From contig CAZTUP010000006.1 of NCBI GenBank assembly GCA_964616415.1, positions 155,129 through 195,128 of the forward strand: 40,000 bases of DNA. Direction: 5' to 3'. This DNA is from an uncultured Candidatus Nitrosotenuis sp. GTDB taxonomy: Archaea > Thermoproteota > Nitrososphaeria > Nitrososphaerales > Nitrosopumilaceae. Position 1 is the first letter of the stretch. Every line of letters starts with the position of its first letter. A program made the translations under genes and the position numbers. Under the pieces are notes generated by a model. The model ran no database searches. It was not told where the DNA came from and saw nothing but the letters and a program-made list of their open reading frames with translations. This document shows positions 1-8,008 of the stretch, piece after piece.

Positions 1-5
1 TAGAG

Positions 6-866
6 TTGCAGCTTGGATTTTTAGAAAAATTCCAACCACAAAAGATTCAACAAAATAATGTGATATTTTGCGGCAGCGGGGATTCATTATGTGCAGCACT
101 GCTTGCTGAATCATTTTCTAATTATGTGGTACGGGCCCATGACCCACTCGAACTGGCAAAAAACAAATCTCTGGGAAGATCAAAGCACGCCTACTTTGTG
201 TCAATATCTGGCAATACGATATCTACTATTCGTGCGGCAAAGACTGTGCGTCATTCCACTGCAATAACTAGGAACTCACACAGCAAACTTGGCAAAACCT
301 GTGATGGTATGATACTGCTTGACTATGTTGACTCGCAGATTCTAAGCTCTGGCAGCATTGGGTTTTTGGCAAGTGCATTAACGTGCATCTCTTTGGTGCA
401 TGACTTTAAAATACAAAACGCAAAAAAACTATTCCAATCTGCAAAATCGCACACAAAGAAGATCATTCCAAAAAATCAGATCTATTTTCTTGGCAACCAA
501 TACACCTACCCTATTGCAATGTATGCATCTGCAAAACTAGGTGAGATTTTGGGAATGGATTCTCACTATGAGCGAATAGAGCAATTCTCACACATGGGAC
601 TTTTCTCTGCAAGACCTGGCGATACCGTGATTATATTTGAGCAAACAAATTCTCATATTGCGTCTCTGGTATCGAATCTAAGAAAACTTGGACTGTACGT
701 GCATAATCCGTCAATTCCATCCAAAAACAAAATAGATCAAATTTTGTATTACACATTTGTCTCGCAATTCATCTCATTGTATTTGGCGCGCAAAAAAAGA
801 ATCAAGGATTGTTATTTCATTACGCAAAAGAAAACTCGAGCTGCAAGTTCTGCAATGATCTACTAA
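6..866 (+). CDS. SIS (phosphosugar isomerase/binding) domain protein with two SIS-like modules; 5' end may be cut by the window edge
   Basis: ORF 6..866. It has an N-terminal SIS-like 'VIFCGSGDSLCAALLAE...YFVSISGNT' and a second module 'IYFLGNQYTYPIAMYASAKLGE'. The frame stays open to position 3, so the TTG at 6 may not be the true start. Confidence 0.55.
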   Translation: MQLGFLEKFQPQKIQQNNVIFCGSGDSLCAALLAESFSNYVVRAHDPLELAKNKSLGRSKHAYFVSISGNTISTIRAAKTVRHSTAITRNSHSKLGKTCDGMILLDYVDSQILSSGSIGFLASALTCISLVHDFKIQNAKKLFQSAKSHTKKIIPKNQIYFLGNQYTYPIAMYASAKLGEILGMDSHYERIEQFSHMGLFSARPGDTVIIFEQTNSHIASLVSNLRKLGLYVHNPSIPSKNKIDQILYYTFVSQFISLYLARKKRIKDCYFITQKKTRAASSAMIY

Positions 867-933
867 ATTTTTCAAAAAATCGATCTTTTTTTAATAAGAT
901 TTAATACCCCTCCGAAAAGAAATCCAATCAAAT

Positions 934-3126
934 ATGAAGTACAAGGCAACTGAGCAGATCCTAAAGATCATCAAAAACAAGGAAAACATCCGTAACTTTG
1001 GTGTAATTGCTCACGTAGACCATGGAAAGACAACCATGAGTGACAACTTGCTGGGCTATGCAGGAATCATCTCACCTCAGGCTGCAGGTCGTGCGCTGGC
1101 CTTGGACTCTATGAAGCTTGAACAAGACCGTCAGATGACAATTGTTCAGGCAAACGTTACACTACTTTTCGAAAAAGCCGGTCAGGAATATGTCGTAAAC
1201 ATGATTGATACACCAGGACACATTGACTTTACAGGACGTGTCACCAGAAGCCTCAGGGCAATCGATGGCGCAGTCGTGGTATCTGATTCTGTAGAAGGTA
1301 TAATGACACAAACTGAAACTGTAACTCGACAGGCCCTAGAAGAGCGAGTCAGACCAGTTTTATACATCAACAAAATCGACAGACTCATCAAAGAGCTAAG
1401 ACTTACTCCTGAGAAAATGCAGGAATGGCTTGCAAACATTGTTTCTACTTTTAATGGATTAATCGACACATATGCAGAACCTGAATACAAGGAAAAATGG
1501 AAGGTCTCAATTCAGGATGGCTCTGTTTCATTTGGCTCTGCAAAGGACAGATGGGGATTCAATATCGACATCATGAAGGAAAAAGGAATCTCATTTAAGG
1601 ACATTTACGCAGCATACCAAGACGGCGCAAACGTTGATGATCTAGCAAAGAAAGCACCGCTGGCAGAAGCAGTACTTGGAATGGTTGTAAAGCACCACCC
1701 ACCACCACACGTTGCACAAAAATACAGAATTCCAAAAATCTGGAAAGGTGACTTGGAGTCTGATATTGGGAAAGCACTTTTGAATTGTGATGATAATGGT
1801 CCGGCAGTAATGATGATTGTAAACATGGCAATGGACCCTGCGGCAGGACCTGTCGCAATTGGGCGATTGTTCTCTGGAACCCTAAAAGATGGAATGCAGG
1901 TGCATCTAATTGATACTAAAAGAGAAGGCAAAATCCAATCTGTGAACTTTTTCATGGGCAACCAAAGAGAAATGGTCGGAGAACTGGGTGCTGGAAACAT
2001 TCCAGCTTTATTGGGACTAACTGAGGCCAGAGCAGGACAGACTTTGGCTACAGTCAAAGATGTTGCAATATTTGAGGGAATCAAATATGTCTCAGAGCCT
2101 GTCGTACAAATCGCAGTAGAGGCAAAATTCCCAAAAGACTTACCAAAACTTGTGGAAGCACTGCGTAGAATTACAATTGAGGATCCAAACCTTGTGGTAA
2201 AAATCAACGAGGAAAGCGGAGAGACTGTAATTGCTGGAATGGGCGTATTGCACTTGGAAATTGCTACCTCGCTAATTGGTGATGCCGGCGTTCAAATTGT
2301 AACATCGCAGCCTTTGATTAACTATAGAGAAACCATCCAGAGCGGCTCTGAAGTTGTAATGTCAAAATCACCAAACAGACACAACAAGATCTTTATGAAA
2401 GTAGAACCACTAGAACCAGAAATTGCTGACATGATACGAGCCGGTCAGCTATCTGAGATGAAGGACAAAAAAGAGATGGAAAATCTTTTGCGCTCTAAAG
2501 GATGGGATACTGATACTGCAAAACGTGTAATGAGATATGACTCTAGAGGAAACATTATGATCAACGGCACCAAAGGTGTCCAGTTTATCCAAGAATCAAC
2601 TGACTCTATTTTGTCTGGATTTGAGGAAGTAATGAAGGAAGGCCCACTGGCAAGAGAGCAGGTTAGAAATTGTAAATTCACATTTACTCACTTTGTTCCT
2701 CACGAGGACACTGCACACAGGGGTCTATCACAATTATCACCAGCAGCAAGACGCGCATGCATGGGTGCAATGCTAAAGGCACAACCAATACTATTAGAGC
2801 CAATGCTTGGAATCGAGGTCAGAGTACCACAGGACATGATCGGAAACGTTGCATCTGTTTTGTCTGGCAAAAGAGGCAAAGTCATGGACATGCAGCAAAA
2901 AGGTGTCACAAGCATCATAGTAGGCGAGATTCCAGCTTCTGAGACATTTGATATTTCTGAGGTAATGAGAGGCCAGACTGCCGGTAAAGCAATGTGGAAT
3001 ACACACTTTAAGGCGTGGACTCCAATGCCAAAATCAATCCAAGCCAATTTGATTGCTGAAACCAGAAAGAGAAAGGGATTACCACCAGACCCACCAACAG
3101 CAGACGAATTTATCGACAAAGAGTAA
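934..3126 (+). CDS. fusA: Translation elongation factor 2 (aEF-2), GTPase
   Basis: 730 aa. GTPase motifs are 'AHVDHGKTT' (G1), 'DTPGH' (G3) and 'NKID' (G4). The diphthamide-region 'HEDTAHRG' is typical of archaeal/eukaryotic EF-2. An A/T-rich TATA-like stretch lies at ~886-907 upstream. Confidence 0.97.
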   Translation: MKYKATEQILKIIKNKENIRNFGVIAHVDHGKTTMSDNLLGYAGIISPQAAGRALALDSMKLEQDRQMTIVQANVTLLFEKAGQEYVVNMIDTPGHIDFTGRVTRSLRAIDGAVVVSDSVEGIMTQTETVTRQALEERVRPVLYINKIDRLIKELRLTPEKMQEWLANIVSTFNGLIDTYAEPEYKEKWKVSIQDGSVSFGSAKDRWGFNIDIMKEKGISFKDIYAAYQDGANVDDLAKKAPLAEAVLGMVVKHHPPPHVAQKYRIPKIWKGDLESDIGKALLNCDDNGPAVMMIVNMAMDPAAGPVAIGRLFSGTLKDGMQVHLIDTKREGKIQSVNFFMGNQREMVGELGAGNIPALLGLTEARAGQTLATVKDVAIFEGIKYVSEPVVQIAVEAKFPKDLPKLVEALRRITIEDPNLVVKINEESGETVIAGMGVLHLEIATSLIGDAGVQIVTSQPLINYRETIQSGSEVVMSKSPNRHNKIFMKVEPLEPEIADMIRAGQLSEMKDKKEMENLLRSKGWDTDTAKRVMRYDSRGNIMINGTKGVQFIQESTDSILSGFEEVMKEGPLAREQVRNCKFTFTHFVPHEDTAHRGLSQLSPAARRACMGAMLKAQPILLEPMLGIEVRVPQDMIGNVASVLSGKRGKVMDMQQKGVTSIIVGEIPASETFDISEVMRGQTAGKAMWNTHFKAWTPMPKSIQANLIAETRKRKGLPPDPPTADEFIDKE

Positions 3127-3131
3127 AAATG
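3109..3131. repeat. Direct repeat copy 1 (casposon target-site duplication = last aEF-2 codons + stop)
   Basis: 'tttatcgacaaagagtaaaaatg' recurs exactly at 11551-11573. The outer 'aaaaatg' is shared with the TIR, so the true TSD is probably 13-16 bp ('(tt)tatcgacaaagagt'). Confidence 0.85.
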
Positions 3132-3180
3132 AGATCCCCCCGTTTTGTGCGGGAGAATCTGCTGTTTGTCGTAATGCTTA
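3125..3180 (+). repeat. Casposon left terminal inverted repeat (56 bp)
   Basis: 'aaaaatgagatccccccgttttgtgcgggagaatctgctgtttgtcgtaatgctta' is the exact reverse complement of 11498-11553, checked base by base. Confidence 0.92.
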
Positions 3181-3549
3181 AGAATTTGATTTAGCATCAT
3201 TCTGGAATTTATTAAAATATCTGTCTCTCACTAGACTGTCTCTTTTTCGACCTGCCTTTATTTGTGAAATTGACCATCTTCTCATCCAGAGTATTTTATT
3301 TTTAGTAATATAGTAATGTGATTGACATGGTAGACTCCAGTTTCCGATAGATGGATAGATTGAAACTGTTTCACCATCCCAAGTTAGTTCCCACTCAGAA
3401 GGCCTGATTGGTATTACAACGAGTTCACCGCATCCACAAGCACATCTATGTGTAGATGTAGCAAAAGGAATTGAAATGTACAGGATTCCTTCTTTTATTT
3501 CGTCAGGAATTAATTCAACAAATTCATGATTGATAGTATTTAGTTTCAT
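3178..3549 (-). CDS. DUF6527-type Cys-rich protein, candidate E2-like/zinc-binding partner of the E1
   Basis: 123 aa. The signature is 'HRCACGCGELVVIPIRPSEWELTWDGETVSIYPSIGNWSLPCQSHYYITKNKILW' (C36, C38, C40, C75, H34, H78). The start overlaps the E1 stop as ATGA (3546-3549). The stop codon lies inside the TIR. Family assignment is from memory of the family pattern, not a search. Confidence 0.7.
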   Translation of the reverse strand: MKLNTINHEFVELIPDEIKEGILYISIPFATSTHRCACGCGELVVIPIRPSEWELTWDGETVSIYPSIGNWSLPCQSHYYITKNKILWMRRWSISQIKAGRKRDSLVRDRYFNKFQNDAKSNS

Positions 3550-4733
3550 TCAATATCATCATTTACGATTTCATTACACCCAATACTATACGTAGAATAG
3601 TGCTCATTTTCTAATTTATCATAGAACCCACACATTTTCTTCCATTTGATAACTGCCATGACGGCATTTAGGGCATTAATATCGGCTATTTGAATATTAG
3701 ATGAATATTCATCATCCTCATCCCTTCCAGAAAGAATTCTTGTTTTTGCGTGTTCATAAAAAGAAGCAGTGCATGTTGTCACTTGAGTTGAGCCGGTCAA
3801 TACTTCATTCGTTTTATCAATGCCAATTCCTACGTCAATGAATCGGATCTTCTTTTCTAATAGATATCTCACGATGGATTTTCTAGATGGAATTTTATCT
3901 ACACAGACAAATACCATGTCCATTGAATCTAGTTTAGAGGCATTTGATTCAGTAATAAATTCCGGATGTGGAAAAATTTTTCGGTGCATTCTGGAATAGA
4001 TTTCTGTAAACCACTCTACTTTTGGCATACCTTTTTCCAGATCTTTTCTGGTGGGTGCACCTGGTGATCTGAACGCATTATGATAATGGAATTCATCCCC
4101 ATCGAAAAGATGGATTTCTTCCACTGGTGTTTTAGCGATAAGATCGAGGATGTATGATCCTGTTCCACCTAAACCGACTATTGCGATTCGACCTTTTAAT
4201 TTTTCATTAATTGATATGATGCCTGCGCGACTTGAGGCAGTATCATAATAATTGAAGACAGATTCTTGTTCCGTGAGTGGGGTTTGTTTAAACGTCCTTG
4301 CAGTCACACTGTCATCTATGGCACGCGCCTGATTTTCAATTAAATGTACATAGTGTTCAATTTTTTTAAAGTAATTTTCGTATTTCCCGCCTTCGGTTGG
4401 TTTTTGTGAAAAAATATGTTTAGCCACAAGTCCTTCTTTGATTTTCTCATTGTTTGCGCCCCCTCCTAAACTATTCATCTGTGAGCCATTGTGATCACAG
4501 GGATAGTCTTCAGTCCATAATATTTGATGATCGTTCGGAGTCATTTTGAAACCTGTTATTGTGGAATGTGAAATTATTGAACCTCTCAGTATCTGTTTTT
4601 TAGCATTCACATACGGTACGTTATGAATAACTACGTCACTGTTAATAATCTCGATTTCATAACCTGCATTTATGATCTGTTGTAGATCATCATTATGACT
4701 TATTAGATCTGTGAACGTCAAAGCGCATTCCAT
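3546..4733 (-). CDS. ThiF/MoeB/E1-like adenylyltransferase with ~175-aa N-terminal extension
   Basis: 395 aa. It has the Rossmann 'IAIVGLGGTGSYILDLIA', the nucleotide/Arg-finger block 'LFDGDEFHYHNAFRSPG' (compare the ThiF DxDxVxxSNLxRQ) and a Mg-Asp 'VFVCVDK'. A Cys/Ser/Thr-rich loop 'TGSTQVTTCTAS' follows. An alternative TTG start lies at codon 5. Confidence 0.85.
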   Translation of the reverse strand: MECALTFTDLISHNDDLQQIINAGYEIEIINSDVVIHNVPYVNAKKQILRGSIISHSTITGFKMTPNDHQILWTEDYPCDHNGSQMNSLGGGANNEKIKEGLVAKHIFSQKPTEGGKYENYFKKIEHYVHLIENQARAIDDSVTARTFKQTPLTEQESVFNYYDTASSRAGIISINEKLKGRIAIVGLGGTGSYILDLIAKTPVEEIHLFDGDEFHYHNAFRSPGAPTRKDLEKGMPKVEWFTEIYSRMHRKIFPHPEFITESNASKLDSMDMVFVCVDKIPSRKSIVRYLLEKKIRFIDVGIGIDKTNEVLTGSTQVTTCTASFYEHAKTRILSGRDEDDEYSSNIQIADINALNAVMAVIKWKKMCGFYDKLENEHYSTYSIGCNEIVNDDIE

Positions 4734-4941
4734 TGACTACGTTAACATGCTTTCCTTCTACAAGGGTGCCTTTAGAATTGTCAGGCCCATGCGTGTACAT
4801 GACAGCAAACATCTCATCTGCACCATGTGATGGAAATGCCAGGTTAACTACTTCTGTGTAGCTTATTGTCTCCTTTTCCCATGTCTTATGTTGACCATTG
4901 ACAAATATCTGAAATTTGTCATGATGTCCTTTATCTTCCAT
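4693..4941 (-). CDS. Single-domain multiubiquitin-type ubiquitin-like (beta-grasp) protein
   Basis: 82 aa. 'KFQIFVNGQHKTWEKETISYTEVVNLAF...GTLVEGKHVNVVNGMRFDV' matches the remembered multiubiquitin-domain pattern (xIxVNGxxxxxxxxxISyxxVvxLAF...vxxGMxFxV). It is the first gene of the operon and overlaps the E1 ORF by 41 nt. Confidence 0.7.
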   Translation of the reverse strand: MEDKGHHDKFQIFVNGQHKTWEKETISYTEVVNLAFPSHGADEMFAVMYTHGPDNSKGTLVEGKHVNVVNGMRFDVHRSNKS

Positions 4942-5054
4942 AGTGATAGTTATAGTACGATGGTAATACGTTTGTCGATCGACTGATTATTGACCTTAGG
5001 TTAGTGCTATTTTGACAACATGTAGTCATCTAGAGTTTATGAGCAACTATCATG

Positions 5055-6917
5055 TCATATTTCGCTTTCCGGCTCATACTTTTCATCCTCAAACCAATCA
5101 ATTTCCTCTTTTGATATGATATTACCGACCAAATCAATAGGAATTGGATATGAATCGCAAAATGTCCCATCATGTAAAGACTTTAGATCAGAAAACCAGA
5201 ATCTTTTCTTGTCAGAATTTAGGTTAATTTTCCTCTCATATGGTTTGATTTGACCCACCTTGCTTAGTTTATTGAACAAAATCCCTGATTTGATATGTGT
5301 AGTCCTTGTGGTCTTGACTCGGATGTAAAACTGGCCGTCCCTGTCTATTTTGGAATCAATATGCTCTATTTCCTGTCTTTTTTCATGGTCAAAGCCTATT
5401 CCACGCTTTTTCCAAATCCCATTAAAACGATAAAACCCGTTGGACAGAAAAATGGCATCCGAGCCAGATTTGTCTAATTTCATCTGTCCAAGTTCTGGGC
5501 TGTCAAGACCTTCAATTTTCTTTCTACACGCTATAGAATCTGTAGCAAAAGCCACAACATCATTTTCCAAACCATATTTTTTAACAAAAGAGTACAGTTG
5601 CGCGCGAACAAATCCAGTTACGTATGATGCAATAACCGGGTTGAACAGGTTTCCCATCATTTGATTTGTTTTCTGCGCAGTTTTGCCATAAATTGAATTC
5701 AATATGATTTTGATTGGCTGTTGTAGTGGATTGTTTTGTTGTTTTAGATGTAGTCGTTTTTGATACATTGATTCAATAAAATTCTTGAATGGGCGTATAG
5801 AATTTTTGTTTGGAATAAACTGATATGATTCTAGTATTTTGTATTGGATTTGCGGATCATTGATTGCTCTTAGCTCATCTAGTGTGACAAAAGTCTTGAA
5901 TTGTCCTGACGGATAACAAATCGTTCCGTTCTTTTTTCTAAATGGAAATGGTGCAATTTTGACCTTTGGTGATACATTCGTATGTATGTAAAAAAATCCA
6001 ATCGCTGCATTATTCAAAACGCGGTTTGCTCTAATCCACCTACCTTTAATGAAATCTTGTATGGTTGTAAGGGCATATGGGTACGCAGAATTGACATCAT
6101 ATAGATAACACTCTCCAATGAACCCGCGCCGAATTAGTTCAAATCTTCCACCATAAAACGACTTTCTTGCCATTTCTTGGACTTCGTATTCTGTTTCATT
6201 AAACAGTGGAATGTTAATTCCATTATTGATCAAGACTTTTTCTGCCAGATAACCTGCCGAAATCCAATTTGCTGAATAAAATTGGAATACATCATAAAAC
6301 GTCTTAATCCAGTGTTCTGCCAAGTCTCGCGTAAAAATACAATCTTGGATGCAATAGTCTCTAACCTGATTTTTGTGCCTAGAATAGTAGAATTTTGATA
6401 AAATATTCCGTTTTTTCTTCATTTGCAGATATTCGGAGTCTAAATTCTTGATATTCTTGGCATATGCATCAGCAAGTGGAGCATTTTCATAGTATTGTGC
6501 AATGTCATAACAGTTTATCGAGTGATGATTTTTTGAAATGGTGAGTTTTCTTCTTTCAATATAATGAATTCTAAATCCATTGTATTGAAAGCATAATTCT
6601 TTTTTCCATAGATATGATTGCAGTATTTCTTTTGGCAATAGCTTCAAAATACATTCTGCATCATATCCCAAATTGTAAAAGAAAATCCATCGTCCTTCAT
6701 GCCTGAAAAGGAATTTCACTATTGTTTCAAATGTGATGTTTTGATCTAGGTAATTTCCTTGTGAGTCGGCAATTAGAAAGATGTTTCCAATGTCAGTTTC
6801 TGTGTCAATTCCAATTATTTCCCTTGATATATCAATTCGATTTGGACTGCGATTTTGTTTTCTAACTCTGATTCCGTCTAGTGTTCTATAATTAGAAATT
6901 GGAATAAAAAAATTCAT
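5055..6917 (-). CDS. Family B DNA polymerase, protein-primed (pPolB) type
   Basis: Exonuclease motifs are 'GIDTETD' (ExoI), 'YNLGYDAECIL' (ExoII) and 'YCIQDCIF' (ExoIII). Polymerase motifs are 'YDVNSAYPYAL' (A), 'KIILNSIYGKT' (B) and 'FATDSI' (C). The start is trimmed from the track's 7052 to the ATG at 6917, which forms an ATGA overlap with the upstream gene's stop. Confidence 0.9.
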   Translation of the reverse strand: MNFFIPISNYRTLDGIRVRKQNRSPNRIDISREIIGIDTETDIGNIFLIADSQGNYLDQNITFETIVKFLFRHEGRWIFFYNLGYDAECILKLLPKEILQSYLWKKELCFQYNGFRIHYIERRKLTISKNHHSINCYDIAQYYENAPLADAYAKNIKNLDSEYLQMKKKRNILSKFYYSRHKNQVRDYCIQDCIFTRDLAEHWIKTFYDVFQFYSANWISAGYLAEKVLINNGINIPLFNETEYEVQEMARKSFYGGRFELIRRGFIGECYLYDVNSAYPYALTTIQDFIKGRWIRANRVLNNAAIGFFYIHTNVSPKVKIAPFPFRKKNGTICYPSGQFKTFVTLDELRAINDPQIQYKILESYQFIPNKNSIRPFKNFIESMYQKRLHLKQQNNPLQQPIKIILNSIYGKTAQKTNQMMGNLFNPVIASYVTGFVRAQLYSFVKKYGLENDVVAFATDSIACRKKIEGLDSPELGQMKLDKSGSDAIFLSNGFYRFNGIWKKRGIGFDHEKRQEIEHIDSKIDRDGQFYIRVKTTRTTHIKSGILFNKLSKVGQIKPYERKINLNSDKKRFWFSDLKSLHDGTFCDSYPIPIDLVGNIISKEEIDWFEDEKYEPESEI

Positions 6918-7279
6918 GGACTTGGATTGCGCCAAGCCACATCTGGAATGTCTGTTTCCAGTCCTTGTTTGTGCTTTTTGAATGCGGAACGAATTTCTTT
7001 TAGCGACATGTCGATTGGATAATTTTCCTTGATTGCTTTGAAGTATCTCCAAGATGTCTTCATTTTGGCAGAGCGATTCTCGTTTGCCTTGATTAATCGT
7101 TGGATTACATCCTCTGTGGTTTTGGTCATTTTGGCAATCTTGGCGTTAAGGACACTTTTTTCGCCTTCCAATTGTCGTCTGAACTTTTTTAAAAACGCAG
7201 TCTCTCGAAATTCAGAGAGACGTTCGATTTCTTTTGTTATTCGTTCTATTTCGCTTCGTAGTTTTTCTAGTTTAGTCAT
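6914..7279 (-). CDS. Hypothetical coiled-coil/basic protein translationally coupled to PolB
   Basis: 121 aa. It has an N-terminal heptad-like 'LEKLRSEIERITKEIERLSEF' and a basic C-terminal half. Its stop overlaps the PolB ATG. Confidence 0.55.
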   Translation of the reverse strand: MTKLEKLRSEIERITKEIERLSEFRETAFLKKFRRQLEGEKSVLNAKIAKMTKTTEDVIQRLIKANENRSAKMKTSWRYFKAIKENYPIDMSLKEIRSAFKKHKQGLETDIPDVAWRNPSP

Positions 7280-7313
7280 TAACTAGTTTTATAGTACTAT
7301 ACTCTATGAAGAA

Positions 7314-7964
7314 GTGATAGAGCTAATGGCAAAATCTAGTGAATATACGCGAGAATTAAGTGAAAAACAAATCAAAACTTTACAAGCCAGATACAAGGGT
7401 TACATAAAACGCACTAGACGTGGATTCCTATCAACCAGTGAAAAAGAAAAACTGCTAAAAATCAGAAAATGGCAAGAGTCAGATGCTGAGATCTCTCAGT
7501 TTTTTTATGAGGTTAGAGAGAGTGCAAAAACTGCTTTTACTGACTTTGTGTTATTATGTGACACGTTAAATGAAAAAGAAATCGAGAGCATATTTTCAAA
7601 CAATTATTCTAAAACAGAATTATCCAAAATGCCAGACAGCATGAATTTCGAATTAATGGAACAGTATTACAGAAGTCATCCAATATTCAAAGATGTAATA
7701 CGATATATATTACAGGATCGTTCTGTTGTATCACTAAGTAATGTCAAGTCAGCAAAGAAATTAGAATTATTTTTGGATGATTCGTGGCAGGCCTATTTGG
7801 CACATGACTTGATTCGAATATGTTTGCAGTTCTTTAGGGAACACGGTTTTATTTCTACAAAAGCTCATGAACGACTTGCAGAAGAAGTGGAAGACATGAT
7901 AAATGTGGAAGTGTCACGCGGAATCAAACTAAAAAGACATGAGCGAACCAAAGGTTTTGTTTAG
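7314..7964 (+). CDS. Hypothetical protein (casposon cargo)
   Basis: 216-aa ORF divergent from the PolB operon. It starts at GTG 7314 or ATG 7326. No recognisable motif. Confidence 0.5.
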   Translation: MIELMAKSSEYTRELSEKQIKTLQARYKGYIKRTRRGFLSTSEKEKLLKIRKWQESDAEISQFFYEVRESAKTAFTDFVLLCDTLNEKEIESIFSNNYSKTELSKMPDSMNFELMEQYYRSHPIFKDVIRYILQDRSVVSLSNVKSAKKLELFLDDSWQAYLAHDLIRICLQFFREHGFISTKAHERLAEEVEDMINVEVSRGIKLKRHERTKGFV

Positions 7965-8008
7965 ATCAAAGATCAAATACTATTCATTCGCATATTTCAT
8001 TATCAAAG

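Noticed and set aside
1182-3200. Antisense and alternate-frame ORFs within aEF-2 (1182..1490, 1595..1858, 1605..2207, 2445..2681, 2700..3200, 2757..2942, 2794..3006)
   Set aside because: They are shadow ORFs inside a highly confident, motif-rich CDS, and their translations are low-complexity. 2700..3200 would also have to start inside the casposon TIR.
4942-5054. A dedicated promoter (TATA/BRE) for the Ubl-E1-DUF6527 operon in the 113-bp gap after polB
   Set aside because: Several A/T-rich hexamers exist ('tactataacta', 'gtcaataatc'). None has convincing BRE-TATA spacing relative to the ATG, so co-transcription with polB cannot be excluded. It needs TSS mapping.
5055-7052. 665-aa version of PolB starting at 7052
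   Set aside because: The first 45 codons overlap the upstream 121-aa gene. The internal ATG at 6917 forms a canonical ATGA coupling with that gene's stop and leaves all polymerase motifs intact.
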